Origin: an uncultured Rhodopirellula sp. | GTDB taxonomy: Bacteria; Planctomycetota; Planctomycetia; Pirellulales; Pirellulaceae | DNA: 64,000 nt | Assembly (NCBI GenBank): GCA_964007735.1 | Contig: CAXGAI010000014.1 | Location: forward strand, 1-64,000 | Reading direction: 5' to 3' | Shown here: piece after piece, positions 1-10,100 of the stretch | Layout of the letters: every line of letters begins with the position of its first letter | How positions within the stretch are numbered: position 1 is the stretch's first letter | Notes under the pieces: generated by a model | The model's input: only the letters and a program-made list of their open reading frames with translations | What the model was told of the DNA's origin: nothing | The model's database searches: none | Translations under genes and position numbers: made by a program

Positions 1-258
1 AGAGAGCCCGCTAAAAACGGTAAAATCGTTGCGAAATTCTGCAAGCTCACGGAGGTAAAGGGACGGGGTATACTGCTTGCCCTCATCTTTAGGAAAAAAG
101 TACCGCGGAAGAACGCCCAGGTTGTTGGAGACGAGCAGCATCCGTTTTGTCTTGTCGGGGGGAGTTCCTTTCGAAGTGCTTTCCATCCAAGGTAGTGCGA
201 TGCTGATTCCCGCCGACTGAAGAAATGAACGCCGAGGTATTAAATGATCGTTAGTCAC
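1..258 (-). CDS. DUF1552 domain protein, Tat-type signal (5' part only; runs off the window edge)
   Basis: Not in the ORF track. My translation from GTG at 258 gives MTNDHLIPRRSFLQSAGISIALPWMES...KRMLLVSNNLG...FRNDFTVFSGLS, open to base 1. RRxFL plus ALPWMES is the typical DUF1552 N-terminus. The start overlaps the stop of the upstream DUF1592 gene, its usual partner. Confidence 0.8.
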   Translation of the reverse strand, partial: MTNDHLIPRRSFLQSAGISIALPWMESTSKGTPPDKTKRMLLVSNNLGVLPRYFFPKDEGKQYTPSLYLRELAEFRNDFTVFSGLS

Positions 259-2830
259 GTTTTACTCCCGTAAATATTTGGCTTTGGATCACCGCATGGA
301 ATATATCCCGGGTCAAGTATCCTCGGTTTGCACATTGATCGAGAATGTCTTCCATGTTCTCACGTTCGGAAAATCGAATTGGGGTTCCCGTGGCGTAAAG
401 GATCAGTTGAGTTGCAAGTGAGCGTGCCAGTTTCCTTGGCTGTTGGCTGAGATGTCGTTTGAGATCCTGAACACCGCTAAGGCTGTCTCCGCTTGGGAGG
501 GTTGCTGTGCTGTCAACGACTAGTCCCTCGAAGTAGCGGAAGTCATGGCCGGCTCGGTCGATCCCGGTTACTTCCTCGCCGGAGTCAAGACTGCGGTAGC
601 GGACCCTCCATTTACCGTAAATATCAAAGTTCTCAAGGGAGAACCCGATCGGGTCAAAGGTTGCATGGCATGCCGCACAGGTGGTATTTGAGGCATGTTT
701 TTGTAATTGTTCTTTAAGGGTTGTTGCCCCACGTATGTCCGGTTCGGCCGCAGGGATATTTGCGGGCGGAGGTGGAGGCGGACTGCCAAGTAACCGGTCC
801 ATTACCCAGGCGCCTCGTACGATGGGCGAACTGGCTGTACCGTTGGCGGTCACTTTCATGATTGCTCCCGTGGTTAACAAACCGCCGTATGGGCTGTCAA
901 TTGGTACCTCGACGCGTTTTAATTGCGAGCCGTATTGGATGGGGAGATTGTAGTGAAGCGACAGGATGTCGTTGACCAGTACAAAATCCGCATCCACTAA
1001 TGTGGTAATAGGGAGGTTTTCTCTAACCATTAGCTTGAAGGTTTCATAAGCCTCTTGCTGCATCGAATCAATAAGATAATCGTTGAGTCGGTATTCGGGG
1101 TAAAGTCGGATGTCAGGCTCGTCTCGCCAGACGGATTTGAGGTCTAGCCAATGGAAGGTGAATGGCTCGAGGAATTGATCAAAAGAGGGCGCGGAGATTA
1201 ACTTTTCAGTTTCCGTTCTAAGGTTCCCTGGTTTCAGTAACGTCTTTTTTAACGCGAGGCTCTGAAGGGACGGGGGAGGGCGGGAATTGTTTAGGAAGTG
1301 AGATAGTTGTTGGGCAAGGGCTGACTGATAGCTCAAACCTGATGGCTTGGACAGTGATGTGGGGTCAATCACATAAATAAAATGGCTGGAGCTGAGAAAT
1401 GCGCTGTAGCCAGTTAGCAAGGCCTCAGCTAACGGTTGCCCTGCTTTGAGTTCACTGTTTATTAAATCCAGGAAAGGTCGGAACTCAGCATCCGTCAGTG
1501 GCTGGCGTTGGGCTTGTTCGATGAAACGTGATAACAGGTAACGCGCATCGGATTCTAAATCCTCTGAAACCAACTCGATCAAAGAGCCCGATTCGGAAGG
1601 TTTAATGGGGAGATCACTGAAAAGAACCTGGTGTGAATCAGGAGGCCATCGTTCGGAGTCCAGCGGGCCTTCGATTTCCAACCATTGATAGGCAATTCCG
1701 GGATGACCCTCGGCGGGCATGGGCGGGAAATCGTAGTAGAGTGGGGCGTCAGGGGGATTGATTGCGCGAGGTTGCGGCAGGCCTAATAGGCTGTATTCGA
1801 ACGTTTCAGTCTTTTTAAGGTAGATGGTGGTTTCAAAAACGGTGGGGGTTGCTGGAATGTCCATGATCCCCCCGGTGGCGCGAACGTCACCGGTGACGTC
1901 AGGACCTGAGACTTTCCGTGCTCGAAACGTCATGGGAATGGGCTGGGTGGCGGGTTCTAGGGCAAAGTCCTGTTTTTGCAATACGGCCCGTGCTGAAAAA
2001 CGTATCCGATAGAACCCTTCTTGCGTAGCTCGAAAGCCATTTGGGTACCCATAGTAGGGCCAGGTAGCCGACCGGAAAATTGCCAGTTCGATGCTGGTGT
2101 CAAGCGGTTTTTGGTTGCGGAGTTCCTGTAATTCGTTATTGCCAAGAGGTAGCCGTTTGTTGTTTTTTGCATAAAACATTGCTTCCGGGCCACCGAACGT
2201 ACTTCCTCCCGAAAACATATTGATTCCCGCAAACCTTCGTTTAACAGAGGGCCGAGGCTTAGTCCCTGATGCAATAGCCTGACGCAGGGCGGTATCACTC
2301 GCCTCAAGATAAGCTGCCAACTGTACACGAGAGATGTCGAGAGTTGTGGTGATACGGTTCGTGTGATGGGATTCTCTATCTTCGGGTAGGTAGTCCTGAA
2401 TATCCAGATGGGGAATATGGAGAAGGTCACGAAGGTTTTGTTGGAATTCACTACGGGTTAGCCGGCGAATCGTGCCTCTTCCATATTTCTCAATCTGTTG
2501 CTGATCACGTCGATGTAGGATCCTGCCCAGGAGCGTTGTAAAGTTGTGACGTGCGGCTGTCGGCATGGCATCCTGGTCGGGAGGCATTTGCATAGACGTG
2601 ACTTTATCAAAAATTGCTTCCCACTGGCTAAAGATTGCCGGATCGTCCAACTCCAATGCAACTGAGGTCAGATCAAGTATTTCAGCTTCATTACCTGGGC
2701 TGTGGCACTCAGTACAGTATTGTTTGGTGAGGGAGGAAACTGTCCGCATTCCGGGTGAATCAACCGCCATGACAGTGGTCGTTAAAAACACCACTGTGCA
2801 GTAGATCGAATTGCATATTAAGCGAGACAT
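251..2830 (-). CDS. DUF1592/DUF1588 family planctomycete cytochrome c protein
   Basis: Signal peptide, CTECH and CAACH heme motifs, RRLTRSEF, GGLLTTGAIMKVTANG..SSPIVRGAWV..LLG.PPPPPP, and DPIGFSLENFD. Confidence 0.9.
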   Translation of the reverse strand: MSRLICNSIYCTVVFLTTTVMAVDSPGMRTVSSLTKQYCTECHSPGNEAEILDLTSVALELDDPAIFSQWEAIFDKVTSMQMPPDQDAMPTAARHNFTTLLGRILHRRDQQQIEKYGRGTIRRLTRSEFQQNLRDLLHIPHLDIQDYLPEDRESHHTNRITTTLDISRVQLAAYLEASDTALRQAIASGTKPRPSVKRRFAGINMFSGGSTFGGPEAMFYAKNNKRLPLGNNELQELRNQKPLDTSIELAIFRSATWPYYGYPNGFRATQEGFYRIRFSARAVLQKQDFALEPATQPIPMTFRARKVSGPDVTGDVRATGGIMDIPATPTVFETTIYLKKTETFEYSLLGLPQPRAINPPDAPLYYDFPPMPAEGHPGIAYQWLEIEGPLDSERWPPDSHQVLFSDLPIKPSESGSLIELVSEDLESDARYLLSRFIEQAQRQPLTDAEFRPFLDLINSELKAGQPLAEALLTGYSAFLSSSHFIYVIDPTSLSKPSGLSYQSALAQQLSHFLNNSRPPPSLQSLALKKTLLKPGNLRTETEKLISAPSFDQFLEPFTFHWLDLKSVWRDEPDIRLYPEYRLNDYLIDSMQQEAYETFKLMVRENLPITTLVDADFVLVNDILSLHYNLPIQYGSQLKRVEVPIDSPYGGLLTTGAIMKVTANGTASSPIVRGAWVMDRLLGSPPPPPPANIPAAEPDIRGATTLKEQLQKHASNTTCAACHATFDPIGFSLENFDIYGKWRVRYRSLDSGEEVTGIDRAGHDFRYFEGLVVDSTATLPSGDSLSGVQDLKRHLSQQPRKLARSLATQLILYATGTPIRFSERENMEDILDQCANRGYLTRDIFHAVIQSQIFTGVKRD

Positions 2831-2849
2831 TGTTTAAGAATAATCGTAG

Positions 2850-4382
2850 TTAATTGGTTAGGCGTACTGACTTCAACTCGGTTGGCCCAAATACTCCGGT
2901 CCCTTTTCGAACAGAGGCGCGAAGCAGGGATTTGTACGTCATGGGTTCTATTTTAGCGGATCCCAATGTGGCATGTTTATCCCGGATTTCAATGTGGTCC
3001 GGGAAAATACAGAAATGTAAGCTAATAGAATTTGTACTCCAATTGACAGGGACTGTAACGGTTCCCGGTAATGTGAGCTTAAGCATGGAGCCATACTCAT
3101 CAGCCTGATGTTGAGGTAGGAAATCGCGGTCTTTTGTCCAGTTGTCTATCCCTTTGGAAGAAGTGCCCATGTAAAGATCGCTACCGAGGGGGACAAGTGA
3201 GGTAATTCGCTGACCCCAGTGGTTCAGCACTAAACCTTGTTTGCCTGCCTCTGTTTCGTATGGGTGAACTTGTTTGTTTGTTAGTGCCGGATGAGTAAAG
3301 CCTCGGGTAATGTATTGCCAGTTCTGCTGTTGGGCATCCATTTTCCAGAGTTCTGCCCAGGGCCAGACGCCGACATACATGTCTCCACCGTAAATCCCCA
3401 TTGCCATTGCTTCGCGTGCACTGCCGGACACTTGTGGGAGTTTAGGAGGCCAGTCCTTGATGTGAGTCGGCGGCCCCTTGTCGTAGGTAAACAGATTGCC
3501 AGTTGGGTATTGAGCCATATAACTTTTGCCGTTGTAGTGCATGTGCGAATAGACTTGATAACTGTGTTGATCAGATGCCTTGAGTTCTTCAACCCACTGG
3601 CCACCCACATATGTGTAGATACCGCCATAGTTGCCAACGGTGATGACCCGCCCCTTATGTTGTCCCCAGGAAAATGGAGTTGTGCGAGGGTAACGGCATA
3701 TCGTTGATATTGCTTCGGACAGGTTTTCAACGGGTGGGTCGCCGGGACTCCACTTGACGGCATAGATGCGGGTAGTGTAGCGATTGTCGGTCTCTACGAC
3801 ATGGAAAAAGAAGGCGTGGCCTTCGGCATAGTAGTAGTTGTACGAGCGGCCGTTCTTTGGCATGGCAATGGCTAAAGTGTTGTTGTAATAGATGCCCTGT
3901 CTGCTGAATATGAGATGGCCATCCCGCAGTTTCATTCCACCGTATCCACTAGGATTGGCTTCGGGAGAGTGCCAGGTTGATGGCTCCCACTCCTGTTTAG
4001 AAATATCCCAAGCATAGGTATTTTGGTCGCCGGCCCAACCGTAGATGACTTTGCCGAAGTCAAAGATAAAGAGACCCGTGTGGCGTTTTGGTATCGGGTG
4101 CCGCGTAATGATGGGTCTCACCGGGTGAGGCGACTTAATGTAAAACTGAACTTTGTAACGGTCATTACGAAAGCGCGTGTTATAGACGTCTACAAACCCA
4201 GCGCCACCAACCACGGTACCTTCAGCATTCACGAATTCAAAAAGGTTGCCAAAGGACTGCCCTCTGTCTTCCCCGAAATCGATTTCGACTTCCTGTGTAA
4301 TGATCGCTTCTTCTGAAAAGACACCTTGTCCCATTAACAGGATAAAAGAAAAGCAGAGGAAGGATTTTGCGGGGCCATACAT
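2850..4382 (-). CDS. Secreted hypothetical protein, probable beta-propeller
   Basis: Long ORF (to 4424; ATG at 4382 precedes a signal-like segment). Repeated blade-like motifs: HYNGKSYMAQYPTGNLF, IYGGDMYVGVWPWAELW, PLGSDLYMGTS. Confidence 0.7.
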   Translation of the reverse strand: MYGPAKSFLCFSFILLMGQGVFSEEAIITQEVEIDFGEDRGQSFGNLFEFVNAEGTVVGGAGFVDVYNTRFRNDRYKVQFYIKSPHPVRPIITRHPIPKRHTGLFIFDFGKVIYGWAGDQNTYAWDISKQEWEPSTWHSPEANPSGYGGMKLRDGHLIFSRQGIYYNNTLAIAMPKNGRSYNYYYAEGHAFFFHVVETDNRYTTRIYAVKWSPGDPPVENLSEAISTICRYPRTTPFSWGQHKGRVITVGNYGGIYTYVGGQWVEELKASDQHSYQVYSHMHYNGKSYMAQYPTGNLFTYDKGPPTHIKDWPPKLPQVSGSAREAMAMGIYGGDMYVGVWPWAELWKMDAQQQNWQYITRGFTHPALTNKQVHPYETEAGKQGLVLNHWGQRITSLVPLGSDLYMGTSSKGIDNWTKDRDFLPQHQADEYGSMLKLTLPGTVTVPVNWSTNSISLHFCIFPDHIEIRDKHATLGSAKIEPMTYKSLLRASVRKGTGVFGPTELKSVRLTN

Positions 4383-4646
4383 AGTCGGTTTTTGGGGGTT
4401 GTGCATTAGTCGGGTCGAGTTCACCGATTTTAATCTTTGTTTCCTAGTTCCGCTGAATTTGTTTTGTGATTTCTGACTCCTGTGGTCGTGTATTTGGACG
4501 ATCTCTCTGAATCAGGGATCGGTTTTGCCCGGTAAAAGCAGAGCGGCCAGACCAATACTTGACTATCGACGGCATCCATGGCAAGATAATGAGACTCAGT
4601 TGCAATAAGCATGCGAGGGTTTTTTCCATCTTTGACAGAGTGGGTG

Positions 4647-4814
4647 ATGACAAAATCTTACTGTAAGTCGAAAAAGTTCAAGAAGCGCTCTAAAAAAGCG
4701 TCGTTCATGTCTTCTTTGAATGCGACTCACGAGTGCCGCAAATGTGGGCGTATTGCGGAATGCAAGAAACGACTTTGTAAAGCCATGAAGTTAGTCTGCG
4801 TTCCCCTCGACTAA
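4647..4814 (+). CDS. Small basic Cys-rich protein (55 aa), possible zinc binding
   Basis: MTKSYCK...HECRKCGRIAECKKRLCKAMKL. It fills the intergenic gap and resembles a small K-x-x-C-K...CxKCxRxAxxKxxLCK bacterial protein pattern recalled from memory. Confidence 0.55.
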   Translation: MTKSYCKSKKFKKRSKKASFMSSLNATHECRKCGRIAECKKRLCKAMKLVCVPLD

Positions 4815-4841
4815 GAATGCACATCCGGCATCCGCATTGGT

Positions 4842-4847
4842 TATATT
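4842..4847 (+). promoter_or_regulatory. Candidate -10 box for a leaderless transcript
   Basis: TATATT lies 6 nt before ATG 4854, with no clear Shine-Dalgarno sequence. Confidence 0.3.
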
Positions 4848-4853
4848 GAGCAA

Positions 4854-6446
4854 ATGCATACGCTGGATATCATCACTGTCGTTTTCTATTTGATCTTTAT
4901 TATCTCGCTGGGAGTTTATTTCGGCCGCGGTCAGGACCGGGACGAATTCTTTATTGCTGGCGGGTCGATGGGTTTTCTTACGGTCGGTCTGAGCGTGATG
5001 GCAACGCTCTTTTCCTCCAATAGTTTCGTCTTTTATCCGTCGGCGGCATTGGGAGATAGTCTTAAGATCGGCTTGTCCTTGCTTGCCTTTACGATGATGA
5101 CGCCGATTGTAATAAAAGTATTCATTCCTGTTTACTCCAGGCTCAAGATAGAAACAGCCTATGAGTATCTTGAAAAACGATATGATGTTAACGTTCGGTC
5201 CGTAGCATCCGGGCTCTTTATCTTACTGCGAATTGGCTGGATGGCGTCAGCAACGTATGCCGCTTCCGTAGTGGTTAAACAAGTTTCAGGGATTGACGAA
5301 ACCGTGGTTATTATTGGCCTCGGAGTGGTCTCGATTGGCTATACCATGCTGGGTGGATTGCGAGCGGTCATGTGGACCGACGTCATCCAATTCTTCATTT
5401 TTGCACTGACGATTCTGGCGACTCTGATTTTGATCATCAGTAAGTCGAATGCCAATGTCGGCGAAATTGTATCGAATTATTTCGATAGCCGCTCCGGGAC
5501 GGTTGTGGACTTTGAGTTGTCGATGACGCTGAAGTATGGAAGTTGGGCAATCCTGATTGGTGTGCTATTGGAATCCGTTTCAGCATTCGGCGTGGATCAG
5601 GTTGCAGTACAGCGTTATCTAGCCGGTAGCAGTGAAGAGAACGTGAAACGAGGAGTCTGGCTTAATCTTGCCGGCATGTGGATAGTTATACCTGGTCTGC
5701 TGGCAATAGGGGTGGGGCTCTATACCTATTTTGGAGCTAACCCGGTTGAATTAGCCAGGCTGGTGGAGGGCCCGGAGGCTGTTGAAAAGATAGAAGCATT
5801 GTCGTCTCCAAGCATAGAACAAGTCGTTGCGGTCGAACCTAAAGCGGCTGATCGTGCGATGCCGGAATTCGTACGTGTGCATTTCCCCCCGGGACTTGCT
5901 GGTCTGTTCCTTGCTGCATTAATGGCTGCCATCATGTCTAGTATTGATTCAGGGATTCACTCCGTGACGACGGCGATTGTCGTGGATTTCCGCGACCGTT
6001 TGTTTCCTCAGCTAAAGCCGCAGACGGACAGAGATGATTTGGTGTTTATTCGAGTCACATTGGTGTTGGTGGGGGCCCTGGCTGTGAGTTTGGCCTGTAT
6101 GGTGGGTGGCATGGGAGATGTGTTTGATATTGGAAAAAAATTGACTGCGGCCTTCGGTGGTCCTTTATTGGCTGTCTTCCTACTGGCATTATTTGACAAA
6201 CGCTCCAATGGAACCGGGGTCCTAATTAGTGCCATCCTCGCTACGGTGGTGACTTTGGTATTGATGTACACTCAGGATTGGTTTTCTGTTTGGTACTGGC
6301 CGATTGGATTTAGTTCTTCGATTATTCTGGGGATCATTGTGTCACGATGTTTGCCCGCACAACCGACTGAATTTACCTATCAACAAATCATGAACACTGC
6401 AGACTGTGAGGTTGAAGATGAAGTTTCAGGAAATGACCGCCTTTGA
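4854..6446 (+). CDS. Sodium:solute symporter (SSS) family transporter
   Basis: Many TM helices; EFFIAGGSM, TAYEYLEKRY, YTMLGGLRAVMWTDVIQ, DQVAVQRYL, AAIMSSIDSGIHS. Confidence 0.95.
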   Translation: MHTLDIITVVFYLIFIISLGVYFGRGQDRDEFFIAGGSMGFLTVGLSVMATLFSSNSFVFYPSAALGDSLKIGLSLLAFTMMTPIVIKVFIPVYSRLKIETAYEYLEKRYDVNVRSVASGLFILLRIGWMASATYAASVVVKQVSGIDETVVIIGLGVVSIGYTMLGGLRAVMWTDVIQFFIFALTILATLILIISKSNANVGEIVSNYFDSRSGTVVDFELSMTLKYGSWAILIGVLLESVSAFGVDQVAVQRYLAGSSEENVKRGVWLNLAGMWIVIPGLLAIGVGLYTYFGANPVELARLVEGPEAVEKIEALSSPSIEQVVAVEPKAADRAMPEFVRVHFPPGLAGLFLAALMAAIMSSIDSGIHSVTTAIVVDFRDRLFPQLKPQTDRDDLVFIRVTLVLVGALAVSLACMVGGMGDVFDIGKKLTAAFGGPLLAVFLLALFDKRSNGTGVLISAILATVVTLVLMYTQDWFSVWYWPIGFSSSIILGIIVSRCLPAQPTEFTYQQIMNTADCEVEDEVSGNDRL

Positions 6447-7182
6447 AATTAATGACATTGATCGTGAAAAAGTTCTCGTCGTATTGCCAATTGCTGCTGT
6501 CGAGCAACATGGGCCTCATATGCCTACCGGCACGGACAATTTTCTTTGCACCGGTCTCGCAGAGGCTCTAGAGCAATCCATGCCCGACAAGGTTCTGTTG
6601 GCACCAACGCAGTGGCTTGGGGCGAGTGCACATCACCTTAGAATCGGAGCCACACTGGATTCCTCACTGGAAGTTTACATCGAGACGTTAATGGGCATGG
6701 CACGTAGTGTTTTAAATGATGGTTTCCGTAGGATCCTCCTGTTGAATGGCCATGGTGGCAATATTGATCCGATGCGTGTCGCTCTGCGGCGAATTCAAAA
6801 CGAATATGTTGATCGTTTACTGACCGCTGCGTGTTACTGGGATGTGGCTGATGAACTCATAAAGCAATCTCTGGATGGGGCTCATAAATTTGTTGGACAT
6901 GCCTGTGAATTTGAAACGTCAATGCTGATGCACCTACGACCAGAACTAGTGAAGCTGGAGTTCGTAAAGGACGCTGGTGAGTTGATCACGGATAATCTGG
7001 GGGGCGTCTATATCAGTCGTGATTTACGGCAGCGAACCGCTGAAGGGTGCACGGGCCGACCGGATTTGGCGTCGGCCGAAAAAGGTAGGATGCTTTTTGC
7101 CGGTATTTTGGAGGCATTAGTAGAAACGGTCGACAGTTTGCTGGCTCAGCCAACGGGAACGGAGTATACCGATCATCTTTAA
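6418..7182 (+). CDS. Creatininase family amidohydrolase
   Basis: LPIAAVEQHGPHMPTGTD, LLNGHGGN and GHACEFETS metal-binding motifs. Overlaps the 3' end of the SSS gene, suggesting an operon. Confidence 0.92.
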   Translation: MKFQEMTAFEINDIDREKVLVVLPIAAVEQHGPHMPTGTDNFLCTGLAEALEQSMPDKVLLAPTQWLGASAHHLRIGATLDSSLEVYIETLMGMARSVLNDGFRRILLLNGHGGNIDPMRVALRRIQNEYVDRLLTAACYWDVADELIKQSLDGAHKFVGHACEFETSMLMHLRPELVKLEFVKDAGELITDNLGGVYISRDLRQRTAEGCTGRPDLASAEKGRMLFAGILEALVETVDSLLAQPTGTEYTDHL

Positions 7183-7191
7183 TTATAAAAG

Positions 7192-10100
7192 TTACTTTGA
7201 AGGGACCAGGGAAAGCGTTCGGAGATCTAGTAGGAATCCGTTGATGGGTCCGCTCGAAGTAAACGTGAGTTGAATTGTTCCGGTTGGGAGGGTGATGGAG
7301 CCGATTTTCTTTTGTTGGTAATCGTCCCAGGATTCAGTGGCGGTGACCGTGCCGACGAATCCACTCTTTCCCGAGGTTAGTTCAAAATGGTTTCCCGCAG
7401 TGTTTTGCGGAGCAGCCCAATCAAGAATGACGTTATATTCCCCCGCTTTTTGGATGTCGATGGTCCATACCGCCCGGTCATTCTCGCTTCCCCAGAATCC
7501 GATGTTGCCGTATTTACCTTCGAAAACAATGGTGTCTCCATAGATCGCCGCTTGGCTGGCGGGCAAGGAATACTGCCCATTCTGTAGTTTAACTTTGATT
7601 GGCATATTACCGGCAAATGACTTTGGTGGTGTTTGATTTGCCTGAATGAATGAAATCACATCGGTCATTCCTTCGGGACTCAGGAATTTCTCAAGTCCGA
7701 CAGGCATCATTGATTGGCCTGTTCTTTTTAAGCCATCTTCCTCAATGTCCTTTCGTAAGATCGTTGTGGCCTCCCCTTTGGCTGCGGTGACGGTGAGGCT
7801 GATAGCCGTTTGTTCAGTTACTAAGCCTGTGATGATCTTGCCGCGTATTGTTAATATAGAGTAATTCCTGAATTTATCTTCGACGGCTTTGTTGGGGTCG
7901 AGGATGTGCGTCGTAAGGAATTCTGAAGATTTATTCTTCAACCCGTGCAAGTTAGGGCCTACGGCTGCTCCCTTGTTGTTGAGGCGGTGACAAGCACTGC
8001 AGTTTTTAGTAAAAAGCTCCTCTCCGCGGGTTACATCTCCCCCTTCTTGGAGCGTCACGGTTAAATACCGCTTAATTAAGTCCTGTCGCTGATTATCTGT
8101 GGTCATGCCGAAAAAGATGAGTGCCTCACTACGTATTTCTTCAACCGGATGTGCTAACAGGGTTTGTCGATGCGTGGCATTGAAGCTGTCAGGTTTGAGT
8201 GTTTTGGCTTTAACAGCCTCTAGTAATACTCTTGTCGACTCGGTGTCCCTGATCAGGACAGTAATTAGTTGGTCACTAATCAGGGGGTCAATGGATGTCC
8301 AATCTTCAAGGAGTGATTGGGTGATCTCTCCAGAGGCATGTCTATTGATAAAAGCAATAGCGACAGTCTGAAGGTCGGTGGGCGTCTGGGGTGTTAGTAG
8401 TGCTCGTAAAATCGGTATGTCAATATTCGCACTGGTTGCAAGCAGAAATTCAAAAGCCGCTCTTCTGCCTTCGATCGGCTGGTCATCGTTAGTCGCCAGT
8501 ACCCGGGCTTGTGATGAAAACTGTTGTAGAATTTCTTTTTCCGCTGGCTTGCCAAGCGTCTCTTGAAGGTTGGTGTCTTGCTGCTCTAATAATTGTTGGA
8601 CCCTGTTCAGAGCAGCGAATTGCCAGATTTGGGGAGGGCCGGTTTCCGATGTAAGAAGTTGTTGGGCAAGCCTGCTGATTGCATTCTGTTCGTTTGCAGC
8701 CAAAGACGTTGCTAATAATCCCGAGAGGATGGTTGTGTTAGGAGTGTTCCCCGTCAGTATTTGATAATGCCGAAGAACCTCCGTTGATCTTGTTGAAGTA
8801 GAACTTAATGCCGCACCAACAATGTAGCGATTGTCGGGTTGTCTCTGCAGGATCGTTGCCAGCGATAACGGGACTTCGGCGGTTTTGAATTCACCTAGCG
8901 AATAGGCCAGTTGTAAAAGAACCTGTGGTGCTTGTTCAGTTTTTCCAAGACGCAGTAGAACCTCCGAAATCACTGGGGCTTTAGCCGTGTCCGCCAGTCC
9001 CTCGGAAAGCCGAATTGCCAGTCGGCGAACTTCAGCATGTTCATCTTTCAGTGCTTCTACGACGGTTTGGACATCTAGTGAATCACGACCTGAGAGGACG
9101 CTGAGGGCGTGCAGGCGAGCCAGAGGGGAACGGTTTTTGAGGGCAGTGGCGGTCAGTTGATTATCAATTGTGTGATCACCTTGATTCCAGACCAGTTGCA
9201 TGTGAGCATGATCTCTAACCCATCCATTTGGATGGCTTAGGTCTTTGACGAATTGTGGTTGATCTGTACGGGCGGGGAAATTGTAGGGACGCAGTGGCGT
9301 GTCCTCGGGAACGATTCGATAGATTCGACCTTTGTCCGACCCTTCACGTAAGTCGAGTTCTTTTTCTGTTTGATCATCGATCCATTCAGGATGCTCTATC
9401 ACGAGCCGATAAATGTCAGCGAAGTAAAGGGCACCGTCGGGGCCAGTCCGAATGGTTGTGGGGCGGAACCAACTGTCTGTACTGCGGAGAAACTCCGTGT
9501 TATCTTCAGCCTCAGGTTTACTTGAATGCATGAGCAGGCCATTCATGCGGATGTGGCGTCGGTGGATAAGATTGTGTACAGGCTCACTGACTAGCATCGA
9601 ACGATTGACATTGGCGCCTAACAGAGTATCACGGTACATCGTTGTACTACAGGCTGATGTAAAGCGACTTGGTTGGCCCGGAGCAGGCGGGCGATAGCCT
9701 TCCCAGTGGCTCATGATTCGACTAACTGGAAAGAGGGGGGAGTTTTGTATTGTTGCAACAGCATGACGACTGCCTGGCGGCGCCACATGCGGGTTGCGAG
9801 CATGGTAATGGTCCGTCATAACGAACTGAAACATAGGGTTTGAATTGTTGGCCCCCCACCAATTCCCCCAGTCATCCCGATTGCGTCCATGTTGCGTTTC
9901 TCCTGCCAAAGCGATCATCTCGCCGGTATCAGGGCGAAGCTTCAGATCTCGTCCGGCGATGTTGATTCTTTGCCCTGTTTTGATTGAGTGTACGACGCCA
10001 TCGCTGTCACCGTTAGCCAGATAAATCCAGTTGTCGAGTCCCCATCGGAGTCCGTTGACACGGTGTTGTTGGTTGCCTTCTGCAAAACCTTCGAACAAAA

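Noticed and set aside
4430..4653. Short minus-strand ORFs, and the many 60-190 aa ORFs nested in or antisense to long genes across the window (e.g. 53445-54008)
   Set aside because: They have no recognisable motifs and are shadow frames of well-supported genes.
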